DNA of 64,000 nt from Octopus vulgaris (taxonomy: Eukaryota), in contig OX597820.1 of NCBI GenBank assembly GCA_951406725.2, positions 60,946,001 to 61,010,000 on the forward strand, read 5' to 3'. Under the pieces are notes generated by a model. That model worked only from the letters and a program-made list of their open reading frames with translations. It made no database searches and was not told where the DNA came from. The translations under genes and the position numbers were made by a program. Positions 1 to 13,197 of the stretch are shown here, piece after piece (within the stretch, counting starts at the first letter, position 1; each line of letters opens with the position of its first letter).

Positions 1-203
1 TGTGTGTGTGTAAATATACGATATAAACACGTACACATACATATATGTCTGTATTTATATTTAGATATAGATATATTGCTACATATATATATATATATAT
101 ATATATACCCATTTATATATACATAAACGGGTATGTGTATATAAATATAATATAAACACATGCATATATGGGTGTGTATATATTTATATATAAATTTTTA
201 TAC

Positions 204-244
<41 letters not shown>

Positions 245-257
245 AAGAGAGAGAGAG

Positions 258-344
<87 letters not shown>

Positions 345-1176
345 AAGATAGATAGATAGACAGACAGACAGACTAGAGACTGAGACACGGTGAGATGGAA
401 AGAGGTACGCGTTTATATAATTATCTTCCTGAAAGCACTTTTCTAAAATTAATAATTTCAAATTTGCAATTAGTTCTTTTATCCATAATCACATATTTCA
501 TTAATGACCCGATTTTACCGAACATTGATTTGTTCTGTTTTGTAAGTATATATCCATATTTGCTTTTCTGTTTGCGGAAGGATAGTGCCGGAAGAAGTAG
601 TTGTTGCTTTAGTATTCGTTACTTTTATTAATCCTAAATTTGCACTACTATTTCTAGCATGTCTGGTGGCGGCGTAATACGTTTCGTTTTGGCTTGTTAC
701 TCTCATTGTCTTCTGCAGACGGACACATGACGGTGAGAAGTCTTTCTTATGTAATGTGTCTTATAATTTGGTATTATCCCGGCTATGATTTAACGCACTC
801 TGGTATTATTCCGGCTATGATTTAACGACTTGTGAAAAAGGAGACGCTCCAGCCTTGTCCATCACCTTTCGTTCTAATTCTTTATTCTTTTTCTTTCAGA
901 CACTGTGTGTCTGTATATCAAAGTTTGCATTATACGATCCAATAAGAGGGAAATTTTGGCTGCTATTTCTAGCAGGTCAGAGATCACGATGAGGCTCTCT
1001 TGACTAATTAAAAATAATTTTAGATGCTTGCTGATGTATGTGAATATGCGTAGATACTCTTCTTCTTTTTCCGTACATCGAGATTATACAAGTATATATG
1101 TGCTTACATTCCTGTAATTTCTCACAGTGAAGGCTTTCTGATAAGTGTGTGTGTGTGTATGTGTGTGTGTATGTGT

Positions 1177-1212
<36 letters not shown>

Positions 1213-1334
1213 ATGAAACAAGTGAAAGAGTAAAAGAGTAAAAGATTAAGTCACAATTATAACTGAGAGAGAGTTTCAGAACCCTTACATAACATATATA
1301 TATATATATAATATATATATGCCCTTTTTAAAGC

Positions 1335-1650
1335 TCGCACAAAACCTGAAATTTTGGGAGAGGAGATAAATCGATTACGCAAACCCCAGACCTCATCTGT
1401 TACTTATTTTTTCAACCACGAATGGATGAACGACAAAGTCCAACTCGACGTGCCTTTCATCCTTTCGGGGTCGATAAATTAAGTACCAGTTACGAACTGG
1501 GGTCGATGTATTCGACTTAATACCTATGTCTGTTCTTGTTTGTTCCCTCTGTGTTTAGCCCCTTGTGGGTAATAAAGAAATAGGTATATGAACTCAGAAC
1601 GTAAAAACGCGAGGCGTGTTGTCTGGCGTGCTAACGATTCTACCAGCTCA
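1335..1650 (-). mobile_element. tRNA-derived SINE (family B) interrupted by an antisense 5'-truncated related SINE (1451-1586, +)
   Basis: Minus-strand head GAGCTGGTAGAATCGTTAGCAC...TTCTGAGTTCA. The insert reads TGCCTTTCATCCTTTCGGGGTCGATAAATTAAGTACC...AATAAAGAAATAGGTA and matches 7958-8100. Confidence 0.75.
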
Positions 1651-1663
1651 TATACATATACAT

Positions 1664-1758
<95 letters not shown>

Positions 1759-1793
1759 TGTATATGTATATGAGCTGGTAGAATCGTTAGCTC

Positions 1794-1868
<75 letters not shown>

Positions 1869-1941
1869 GAAAGAGGGACAGAAACAGAGGCAGACAGGCT
1901 GATAGCTAGCAAGCTAGACAGACAGACAGATAGATAGATAT

Positions 1942-2026
<85 letters not shown>

Positions 2027-2123
2027 CTATAAAAGCTTCGAGAGATGTGAAATCATTCGGTTTTAACAAGAAACTCGAAGCAAATAAAGCTATAGATAAG
2101 GGCATGAATATATATACGTGCGT

Positions 2124-2168
<45 letters not shown>

Positions 2169-2600
2169 CACACGCTTTCCATACGATTACTGTTATATGA
2201 TGATTATTCAGGCCTTGTGCCCATTGTAGGAAAGACATGTATATGAAAATTACATGAAATAAAAGCAACATTGCATGACAACATTTGGTAAATTACGTCT
2301 ATTAAATTAACAATTTCCCGATATAAATACACGTATTAGAATCAAACCACCACCCTTACGTTACATATAGAAATATGATAGCAGATATATCAAAAATTTG
2401 TGACAATATTTTAAATACTTTTTTTCAAATGTAGGCACAAGGTGACACATATCTGTTAAACAGGAACATAAACGAATATATTGACGTGCGACTGTTTGTC
2501 TTATATTGTTCAAATACTGGCCACTGTAAGTTAGTTCTCTTAGCTCATTTATGTTCTCATATATATGTATATACACGCGCGCGCGCACACACATATACAT

Positions 2601-2634
<34 letters not shown>

Positions 2635-2635
<1 letters not shown>

Positions 2636-2941
2636 GGCTGTGTGGTAAGAAGCTTGCTCTCCAACCACATGGTTCCGGGTTCAGTCCCACAGGATGGCAC
2701 CTTGGACAAGTGTATTCTATTATAGTCTCGGGCCGAGACTTGTGAGTGGATTTGATAGACGGAAACTGAAAGAAGCCCGTCGTATATATATATATATAAA
2801 TATATATGTACGGAGATGTACTTGCATAGCAAGTGATTTGATCTGAGATCGTGTGCTGAAACGAAAACAATTGCAGCGTGGAAAGTGTTTGTAAGCCATT
2901 TAAGAAACACACAAAAGCCGTTCGATTCACTTAAATATATA

Positions 2942-2985
<44 letters not shown>

Positions 2986-3024
2986 GGTGCCCCAGCATGG
3001 CCACAGCTCGTGAGCTGAAACTAG

Positions 3025-3086
<62 letters not shown>

Positions 3087-3345
3087 TGTATGTATGTATG
3101 TATGTATGTATGTATAGGTGTGTGTATGCTTGTGTCTCTATGTTTGTACCACTACCATCGCTTGATAACCGATGGTGGTGCGTTTACGTCTCCGTACTTT
3201 AGCGGTTCGACAAAAGAGACTGATATAATTTATACTAGGCTTACAAAGAATATGTCCGGGGTTGATTTGTTCGACTAAAGGCGGTGCTCCAGCTTGTCCT
3301 TAGTCAAATGACTGAAACAACTAAAAGAATAAAAGAATAAAAGAA
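2635..3345 (+). mobile_element. tRNA-derived SINE (family A), split by inserted fragments and microsatellites
   Basis: Head GGCTGTGTGGTAAG...GGTTCAGTCCCAC (A/B-box-like) at 2636 and tail GGCGGTGCTCCAGC...GAAACAACTAAAAGAATAAAAG near 3280-3340. Confidence 0.75.
2981..3030 (+). mobile_element. Extreme 3' tail only of the CR1-like LINE, inserted in (TA)n
   Basis: ATGGCGGTGCCCCAGCATGGCCACAGCTCGTGAGCTGAAACTAGATAA is identical to 26593-26640. Confidence 0.8.
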
Positions 3346-3431
3346 AAACATATAAATATACAGATACATACATATATCCATATATATATATGTATGTATG
3401 TATATATACACACACATTTACATATACATGC

Positions 3432-3462
<31 letters not shown>

Positions 3463-4715
3463 TGTGTGTGTGTTTATGTATATATATGCATGTGAATATA
3501 TGTGTATATATATATATATTCATTTATACCATACATACATCTAAATGCATTTATGTATGTATGCATGTATGTATGTATGCATGTATGTATGCATGTATGT
3601 ATGTATGCATGTATATATGTATGTATGTATGCATGTATGCATGCATGTATGTATGCATGTATGTTTGTGTGTGTATGTATGTATGCATGTATGTATGTAC
3701 GTATGTATGCATGCATGTATGTATGTATGTATGTATATATATGTATGTGTGTGTGTGTATGTGTGTGTGTGTGCGTGTATGTGTGTTATGTGTGTATGTG
3801 TGTATGCGTGTGTGTGTATGCGTGTGTGTGTAAATGCTTGGTATTGAATTTAGCAACATCCCAGTAAGATTAATAGCAAAGTCGACCTTGGCGAGATTTC
3901 AGCTCAAAAATTTAAAGGGCCATAATTAAATACCGCATGTCGTTTTTGTCCGTTGCTCTACCGTTTCTGCTAATCCACTGCTGCTCATCGCTTAAATAAT
4001 GGTAGGCTTCGAAACTATAATAGAATAATGAAGATGATGCATTTAAAATTGTCATTGGTATTTATTTATGAGTGCGGTTTTGAAACTATTTGCCTTCCTG
4101 CTCCCCCTCCCTGTCTGTCTATGTGCCTATCGTCTGTCTGCCTGTCTGTATGTCTGTCTGTCTCTCGCTCTTTATGTGTATGTGTGTGTGTGTGTGAGTG
4201 TGCTTGTGAGTATGTGTGCATGTATGTGTGAGTGTGTGCGTATGTGTCAGTCGCTACATGTATGAATCTGTGGAAGGGTGGAAGGGTATTCTTCTCAATA
4301 TCGCACTTGCTAATGGGTGTGTTTGTTGACACTTGATATTTGTGTGGCGTTATGCTTGTACCTGTGTGTGTGTGAATTCGTGTCTAATTTATGAGAAAAC
4401 CTCTGTGAAAATGACTACACTGAGGAGATATCTTTAAAAAACAACAACAACAACAACAACAACAACAAGAGGTGTGGTTAACTATTCATTAAAAACGTAT
4501 CTTAGGCAAGTTTCCATTGGCTGATTCCAGTGAGTGAGGAATCGCTGTGATACTTCATCTTTCTCTTTTTATCTATTACTGTCTCTCTTTCCATCTTACT
4601 CTCCCACTCCGACTCTTGCTTTCCTCCTCCCTCCCTCTCTCTCTCTCTCTTTCTAATTTTTCGTCCGATTCGCTCCCTCTCTCTCTGTCTGTTTCTCTGT
4701 CTCTCAGTCTGTCTG

Positions 4716-4769
<54 letters not shown>

Positions 4770-4863
4770 CACATTCTTTACTTCTCTCTCTATCTCTAAC
4801 TTCACTTATTCTCGTTTACCCGCTCTTTGATTTCCTCTTTTACACTTTCTCTATCTCCGTCAC

Positions 4864-4952
4864 GTAAACATCTTCACAAACCTCAATAACATACACAAAC
4901 AATACAACAATACTGTTTATATTTCACGTGATAGCTTCTTATCTTCTGATAA
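4864..4952. promoter_or_regulatory. Candidate proximal cis-regulatory cluster (Fox, E-box, GATA sites)
   Basis: GTAAACA 4864-4870, TGTTTAT 4914-4920, CACGTG 4925-4930, TGATAG 4929-4934, TTATCT 4939-4944 and TGATAA 4947-4952, in unique sequence ~350-430 bp upstream of the Xlox ATG. Confidence 0.35.
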
Positions 4953-5297
4953 GAGCTCAGAAGCATTATTCTTTTACAATAGCCTTCGTTTCCTTTACTT
5001 CCACTCTTATCTCGCTCTCCCTTTATCATTCAACCCTCTCTTTTTCATTTCAACTTCTACTACCATACACACGCCAACAACCTTTATAACTCTTTACTTA
5101 TCTCACATTTCTCTTTTACTTCCTGTCCCTTTTCACTCCCAATTTTTTTTTTTTTTTTGCTTTTTGTTTTTCCTTTAACGTGTCCTCTTTACTCTGCACG
5201 TTTCTCTTCCATGTTTTCTAATGTCTCACACGTTATTATTCTGCTTTTTTTCTCACTCGAAGTCATTTTCAATCTTTCTCCAGATGTTTAAAGTCTA

Positions 5298-6564
5298 ATG
5301 GACGCGACTAGTAGTGTTTACTTTCCGCACCACACCCGCCGTCTCCCTCGCAATAACCATCGATTCCAGCGGGCAACACTTTCACCATCACCGCTGCTTC
5401 TCACACCTCCATTGTCAGACCAACTCCAAGAACCCCACTGTCTAGCACAGCAGAAAAAACTTATGTTTCCACGAGACACAGGTAACTGTTCCTATATCGA
5501 CCCTGTGGTGACTTTACCTGTGGTCACTTACGATCACGGAGTATGTCCAACATTACATGAACCCCCACCTGCATGTATTTATGCCCGCAATTCTCCTCAA
5601 GGAACATCTGCTGGCTATGGCGGTCAAAATATGGCTGTAGTCGAAGAAGGTTTGCAACAACAGCAGCACCAACAACAACAGCAGCAATTACATCTGTGTC
5701 ATCACGATGATCTGACAGCTTCCAATGTATCTTCTTCGTCGGCTGTAGTGACGTCACAATCTTCAAATGCAAGTCCATCAAATTCTACAAACACAGTAGT
5801 ACCTGCTGCTACTGGGTCTCCAACACCGAACACGAGGACTGAAGGTGCAGCAACGGCGGTGACGGCAACAGTTGCCCCGGCGGTAAACACTGTTGCTAAT
5901 ATAATTGGTGTGGGGAGTTCACCTGGTGCTGGTGCAACCGGAAATGCTGCAGTAAATAATGGTGTGTCCGACGGAACAAGTGCAGTCGCACCAGTAGTTT
6001 GCAGAGGGCAACAACAGCAGCAACAGCAACAATCGAACAACACTGGACAATTACATAACCAGCATACACAACCACTTCATTCACATCAGCAACAGCAGCA
6101 GCAACAACAATCACAGCAGAATAGCCCCACAAGAAATGCATTGAACTCGAATCCAGCCCATATGCAAGCATCAGTAGTGGTTGCGCCTACAGCAGTAGGT
6201 AACCACCTTGGCACAGAGGCTTTACCGCGCTTACATACGCATCAGGCTCACCATCCGCATCACCAAACACAACAATCGTTACAACATCAACAGCAACAAC
6301 AACAACAACAGCATTCCCATCACACCCAACAACTCCATTCACAAACACATCAACAGCCACCACCTGCTCACTCGCAGCCGTTGCACCATCCTCATCATAA
6401 TCACCATCCTCATCACCATACATCAGCTTCGCCAGGTAATACACTAAATTCTTCCTCCAGTATTGGCACATCGTCGCCTAATGTTCGGCAACAACCAGCA
6501 CTTCAGTTTCCCTGGATGAAAACCACCAAATCTCATGCACATCAATGGAAGGCCGGTTGGCCAG
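5298..6564 (+). CDS. Xlox: ParaHox Xlox/Pdx homeobox transcription factor, first coding exon (N-terminus to hexapeptide region; homeobox exon not seen in window)
   Basis: The ORF from ATG 5298 encodes PPPACIY (5562-5582), matching the vertebrate Pdx1 PPACLY motif. It also encodes FPWMKTTKSHAHQWKAGWP (6507-6563), matching Pdx1 FPWMKSTKAHAWKGQW. It is followed by the consensus donor CCAG|GTAAGT (intron starts 6565, phase 1), the typical Pdx intron position. PolyQ/His tracts are present. The ORF continuation to 6674 is intron read-through. The true start codon is uncertain. Confidence 0.9.
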
Positions 6565-7824
6565 GTAAGTATGCTTACTTAAATTTCTTAGTTATTATAA
6601 AAACCATTTCGATAACGCCATCGCTAAATCCAGCATCTTCGCAACTGTCCACTTCTCTTGGAATTTTAGTTTAAAAAAATGGAATTACTACACAGAAAAT
6701 CTATTCATTCGCTCCTAATTTCCTTCAATGGATTTATGTAATTCAGAAAAGAATTTTGTGCATACCATATGTATATGGATGAATGTCTTCAGATTTGCGA
6801 AATTAATAGTGTGTAGATCATATTAAGCAAATTTGAATCATTTGAAGCAAAGAAGTCGTAGTATGCAGTATTAATATGTTAATAATTTGATTCAGTTAGT
6901 GGATTGATACAACAATCCAGTCACCGATGATTTCTGAACTGTATTTGAATGCCACTGGATGTTTTTTGTTATGTGTTTACCTCAGATTTTTTATTATAAA
7001 CCGTTTTTGAGTGCGTATGAGTGTTTAGATGTTTAGTGACTTTATGTAATAATACAAACTAGTTATATCAATGTGTTTATTGTGGTCGATTTTTCCAGTC
7101 TAAATTATTTTTCATTATGCCACCTAATGATACAGAATAGGTGTAAGGGGCAAATCTATCAGGATATGTTTTGATAAGAACAATTATAAAAGATTTCCAT
7201 GACCGAAACTTGAATATCCACAACGTGTCTGCATCTCGCAAATATATATATATTTCGCTGTTATGTGTCTCTGTATGCAGCTTCTAAGGTACTTGAAGCA
7301 GAACTGTTGAACATTATTGCTGGACATAAACAAGTATATCGTTATTGATAGTCAATATGGCAACAATATATTGTGGAACTTATCGAACATCTAATAATCA
7401 TTTTAAATACCGAACAATATTAAAACGTAACACAAAAGGTATTGTATTGTTATTATTCCAAATGCTTATTTATTATTTTTTCTTTGTGCTTGACGAATTG
7501 GCAGATTCTTTAGAACGTTGGTCGGGATGCCATAAAGTGTTCCGGCTCGTGGCATTCTGAGTTCAAATCCTAAGTCGTACATTTAAATGTTCGCCCGATT
7601 CAACAACACTACTGGTCCTTAGGCGTTTTACAAAGAGTTCATGTCACTAGTTAGAAGATACCTTCCTCCTATCTTGCATCTTGTGGAGGGAATTTGAATC
7701 ACGAGAACTACTCTTCATTCTCTAATAAGAAATTCAAAAAACGTTTTGAAACCAACATTCTAAATACTTTTAATTCTGGCTTTGTGCCAACATTTGAAAC
7801 CAGTATTAAAATTATTTGTAAGAC

Positions 7825-8197
7825 GTCGAGCTGGTAGAGTCGTTAGCACACTGGTCAAAATGCTTAGCAGCATTTCGTCCTTCTTTACGTTCTGAGTTCA
7901 AATTCCGCCTAGGTCGACTTTATCGTTCATCATTTCGGGGTCGATAAAATAAGTACCTATTTCTTTATTACCCACAAGGGGCTAAACACAGAGGGGACAA
8001 ACAAAGACAGACATAGGTATTAAGTTGATTACATCGACCCCAGTGCGTAACTGGTACTTAATTTATCGACCCTGAAAGGATGAAAAGCAAAGTCGACCTC
8101 GATAAAATAAGTACCATTTGAGCACTGGGGTCGATTTTATCGACTTACCCACTCCCTGAAACAGTTGGCCTTGTGCCAAAATTTGAAACCAATATTA
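7825..8197 (+). mobile_element. SINE family B with antisense nested SINE (7958-8100) and 15-17 bp target-site duplication
   Basis: Direct repeat (TC)GATAAAATAAGTACC at 7941-7957 and 8099-8115 flanks a reverse-oriented related copy. Confidence 0.8.
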
Positions 8198-11100
8198 AAT
8201 TTATCCGTTATTGTAATATAATTTTCTAATTCAAAATACCTTTTTTTCTCAGTTTAAATATTTCTCCGTTTAAATATTTGCACCTATTGAATCGTTCCAG
8301 TTATTCTTCTTGACAATATGACTTTAGAAACTAACATATTTTGTATTTTAATATATTTACAATGTATTATCATCTGATATTGCCATTTTCTCCTTTAAAA
8401 CTGAGAACTGTCTGAAACTAATGTTTTTCAACAGTTGAAAATGAAGAGCACCAATAGATATCACGGGGGTTTTTAATTTTTTTTCCTTTTCGCTTCTGAA
8501 GAATCTCAGTAGTTCAATTTACACCTCCACTTGCAATACTTGGACACATCGTCAGTATTGTATCCTGGCGTCATTGGATGTTTCAGGTTTCACAACATAA
8601 ACCCTCATCCAGGTTACCCGACCTAGGTTGACCAAGCCTGTGTCCAAATGGTTTCTACTAACCCCATTGATCAACTTTTTCAGCAGAGCCATACAATTAT
8701 TATTACTTTTCAGAAATCTCCACGTTATTCTTGATGGCTTTTCTCCTGCTTATTTCTGTAAAGCTCAGAGTTGCATATGCTTTTCTCGGGGTACTATTTG
8801 CAAATCCTCGATTGTCAACCTTCATCGGTAAACACCTCGTTCTCCATCCATTCTTGCAGCGTTCCTCGCCCAATTCTCTTCTCTTACAACTCTTCCATAT
8901 ACAGAAACAGTTATAATTACAATAATCAAATTCCTTTCTTCTTTCCTTTATCATTTATTTAATATCATTATTTATTTATTTGCTGCATTGAAATTGCACA
9001 TCATTGTATATTGCATTTTACGTTACTATTTAGATATCGTTTCTTTCTTCTTTCGAAGTCAGCGCCATTATTATCAAAAAAATTTTGCAAGCGTATTTGC
9101 ATTCAACCGTGAACTTAAACGTATTCTTATTTATAACTTAAAATAACTATTTATAATATAACAAAAATGTTGATAATCAAATAAAAGTGATCAAGCTGTC
9201 GAATCACAATTTTTTTTATTATTTTCATAATCATTTTGGAACTATGACAGTAAGAAAATTGTTCATTTTAACAAGAGTTCGTAGATAAGCATAATAATTA
9301 AACCCGATATATCAGATATTTTAATAAGAAATATAGGTAATATCAGCAAGAATTTCGAACGTTAACCTCGACTAATAAAAAGGGTACTTTTGATGTAGAA
9401 TACAAAATAGTAGAAGATAACGCCATAGTACTTCATGGAATATCAAAAATTCTACTAGCGAAAGCATGTTTTGAATTTTATGTTTGTTTTTCTTAATTAT
9501 CTTTCTAGCTTGTTTCTAATCTTGTGTAAAAAAAAAAAGAAAAAGATTTATTATTTGACATTGTATGTAGTTTTCGCTCTCTTTCAGACTGACATAAACA
9601 CTGATTTTAAATTATTATTTATTGACATGTTCTTTTTGTTTTGCTTTTTAATTTAGAAAACTACCCATTCTTGAATCTTTTTGCCTTGTGTTGCTCAGTC
9701 CCAAGACAGTACTAATATTGCAGAACTATGTTCAAGCCGTGAACATCTCATTTTTTTAGTATAGCCAAAGACTACACTGGCCAATGTGTCCTACCATAAG
9801 ACAGCATATTGCGATTTAATGAGAATTTGATGACTATATTTTGCAGATCAGGCGATCATGTAAAGGCTCCTTCATAGTTATGTTTTAGTTCATTTTCTTT
9901 TCCCACATTCTGCCATCTATTTATGATTTGTTAATCATATTTTACAGCTATGATGATTGCCGGCTTCATGTTAATCCGCATTTGTTGGACTGATTTCAAT
10001 TGTTTTCTGTGCAATTAAAGCGAAAGGTTAAAAAATATATAATAAATCATAATATATTAGTGTGGGTTATATACTTCTCAGTAATTAACAGTGCTGAGGA
10101 CAACTGTGGCTTTTCACATAAACAAATATTATGGTGTTGATACGTTGTTGTTGTTGTTATATAACTAAACTTTTTATCAATTTCCCTGGTTCTCCAGCAT
10201 GATCGCAGCCGCATGGCTGAAACGAGTATAAAAGAATAAAAGAATACCTGACGGAACACACCTTTTACCTGTTTCAGTTACTGAACTGCAGCCATGATGA
10301 AACGCCGCTTTGAAATGTTTAATCGAATGGATTGACCCCCAGTACTAACATTTTAAGTCCGGTAGTGATTCTGTCAGTTTATTTAGCTGAACTGCTAAGT
10401 CACGATGAAGTAAATAAACCAAAACTGCTTCACAAGCGGTGGTGGGGACAAACACAAATATGCACACATGCACACACAAACATACACGCATGCACAGACA
10501 TATATACATACACATATATATATAGATATACATGCATATACACATACATATGCATATGTATATACATGTGTGTATATATATACATATATATATATATGTA
10601 CATATGTTTATGTATATATATGTGTGTGTGTATGTATGTATATATATTTATGCATATATATGTGTGTGTATGTATATATATATGTGTATATATATATATG
10701 TATATATATGTATATATACGCATATATATATATGTATGTATGCATGTGTGTATGTATGTATGTATGTATGTATGTATGCATGCATGCATACTGTGAACTT
10801 CGGGACACTTTCTGCCGATCAGATTTAATCAGAACGTATTTAATCTGCTTGTAACTATAATAGAAGACATTTGCCTCAGGTGCTGTGCAGTGGGATTGAA
10901 TCCTAAACGACATGGCTGCAATGTTACGGCCATGCCTGCACCTAGGAATTTCTAACCCATTCTGCATCAACACCGCTCAAAGCCCATATCGTCCTAACAT
11001 CGTTCCTACTGTGTATCAACACTTCACCGCGACCCAAGGAAAATGATCCAGATTCGACGTCCTTAAAGTTTCATACTCTTTATGCTTCTAACTCTAACGG

Positions 11101-11705
11101 CAATGCTCACTAATTGCTATTTTACACAATCTGAGACAAATTATCAACTGTCTCAATGATGCCAAATTCTATTCAAATCCAGGAAAAAACATTTAAAGAT
11201 CATGAACACTCTACTGCCTCAGAGTATTAAACTAAGCCGTACACACACATACGCATACATAGGCAAATATAAACACACGTACTCGCAAAAACACATAGCA
11301 TAAAGGGGTGGGCAGCATGGGAGGCGGTCCGCCTCAGGCGACGCTTTTATGGGAGTCGCAATTTTGGGTCTGCTCTACAAGCCAGTATAAGCCCTCGTGC
11401 CCCGATAAAGTGGGTGTTGCGCGGTAAACTCAAGGGCTACGCCGGGTGGCATGCACTCTTGGTAGGCCAGTGTATACATTCGCACACACACGCGTGCGCA
11501 CTCAAAGATGTAAGTGCAATATACTTATATATGCATATATGCACGCATACATACATATATACGTACAGACACTCACACACACACAAATACACACACATAT
11601 ATATAAACGCACACATACATAAATTTGCTGTGTTCAGTCTTCTAGCTGAATTGCTATAAACCTCTAACATGCCATCAAGTGCAACACGCTCACTCATCCG
11701 TTCAT

Positions 11706-11753
<48 letters not shown>

Positions 11754-12081
11754 TTAATTATACATTACTTGCGTATGTATCTATGACTGGAATAAAAACA
11801 TTTTCGTTGCTATCCGTCTGTAATCAATATATCCATATTTCATATATCACCTGCTTGCCGTATATTCCTCGTGCACTGTGTTACAAAGCAAAGTTAATAA
11901 ACATTTCTTGATATTTTCACGGAGAGGTGGAGCTTTATTAATTAAATATACACATAACTTATATATCAGATGCACAGTACATTTTCATCGGATATCCATT
12001 CATGTCTAAATCGAAAGTGAAAGTAACCAATGCTTCTATAGGGGAATGTTCGATATCTATCTATCTATCTATCTATCAATC

Positions 12082-12129
<48 letters not shown>

Positions 12130-12327
12130 TTTATGTATGTATATGTATGTATATGTATATGTAGGTACACACACACACGTATATATATGCTTTATTCATT
12201 AAAAGATATATATACATGCATATATATAGGTATGTATATATAAATATATATGTATCCCTTAATTTCCATTATGGAATACGTTTCGAATATGCATAGAAAG
12301 TCCATCTAAGCATTATTATTGTCACTA

Positions 12328-12382
<55 letters not shown>

Positions 12383-12393
<11 letters not shown>

Positions 12394-12712
12394 ATTCGAG
12401 ACAAAACCACTATTTTAAAACCAAACAAGGAAAGACTTAATCAATACATAAAATTTTAATATAAATTAAATAAACCGCCACTACAAATGTTTCATGTCTG
12501 CTACCGACAATCTTCAGGTGGATTTTCGATCTTCTAATCAGTATCAAAATTTGATACTGATTAGATCGAAAATCCACCTGAAAATTGTCGGTAGCAGACA
12601 TGAAACATTTGTAGTGGCGGTTTATTTAATTTATATTAAAATTTTATGTATTGATTAAGTCTTTCCTTGTTTGGTTTTAAAATAGTGGTTTTGTCTCGAA
12701 TTATATTATATA
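12383..12712. repeat. Near-perfect ~330-bp palindrome (fold-back of a Penelope-like terminus)
   Basis: Arms of ~165 bp are reverse-complementary around ATCAAAATTTGAT (~12549); only a few differences were seen. Confidence 0.9.
12478..12521 (-). ncRNA. Minimal type-I hammerhead ribozyme motif
   Basis: Minus strand reads CCAC-CTGAAGA-T-TGTC-GGTAGCA-GACA-T-GAAA-CATTTG-TA-GTGG, with stem I CCAC/GTGG. The mirror copy 12574-12617 (+) has CTGAAAA (G8>A). Confidence 0.65.
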
Positions 12713-12786
12713 ATATTTTACTATAAAATTGGATTTAACCCTAAATCTGATTTTTCCCTGTAATTTTGGATTCATTCCCTAATATT

Positions 12787-12836
<50 letters not shown>

Positions 12837-13088
12837 GGATTCACATACATTTATATATAGAAATCAAAGAGGAAAAGGATCCCATTACCTTTAAACGAAA
12901 TCTGGACAAATTTCTTCAAAGGACTACAAGATAAGCTACCTATACCTGGATACAACTCACTCAACAAGATCTCCCTACTCGAATACTACCATAAAAACAT
13001 GACTTAAAAAGGATATTTCAGGTGGTGCCATTAAGTTAGACTTGGTCTCGACCAATCTTTGGTCGAAATATATCAAAATGTTACCTAA

Positions 13089-13197
<109 letters not shown>

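Noticed and set aside
769-828. 27-bp direct repeat TGGTATTATYCCGGCTATGATTTAACG x2 (CRISPR-like?)
   Set aside because: Only two units with a 5-bp spacer in eukaryotic DNA; it is an ordinary local tandem duplication.
5702-6471. Antisense ORFs overlapping the Xlox exon
   Set aside because: They are shadows of the CAA/CAG-rich sense coding sequence.
6565-6674. C-terminal 36 aa of the 458-aa ORF (KYAYLNFLVII...)
   Set aside because: It follows a perfect donor site at the conserved Pdx intron position and is AT-rich intron read-through.
8300-8950. Cluster of 60-80-aa ORFs as a host exon
   Set aside because: It looks like a heavily decayed LINE fragment on the minus strand, with no homeobox or other recognisable host domain; too weak to annotate.
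13040-13075. GACCAATCTTTGGTC-GAAA hairpin (also ~15824-15845) as a hammerhead
   Set aside because: No CTGANGA upstream. It follows an LDKFL-like LINE C-terminus and is better explained as a LINE 3' tail stem-loop.
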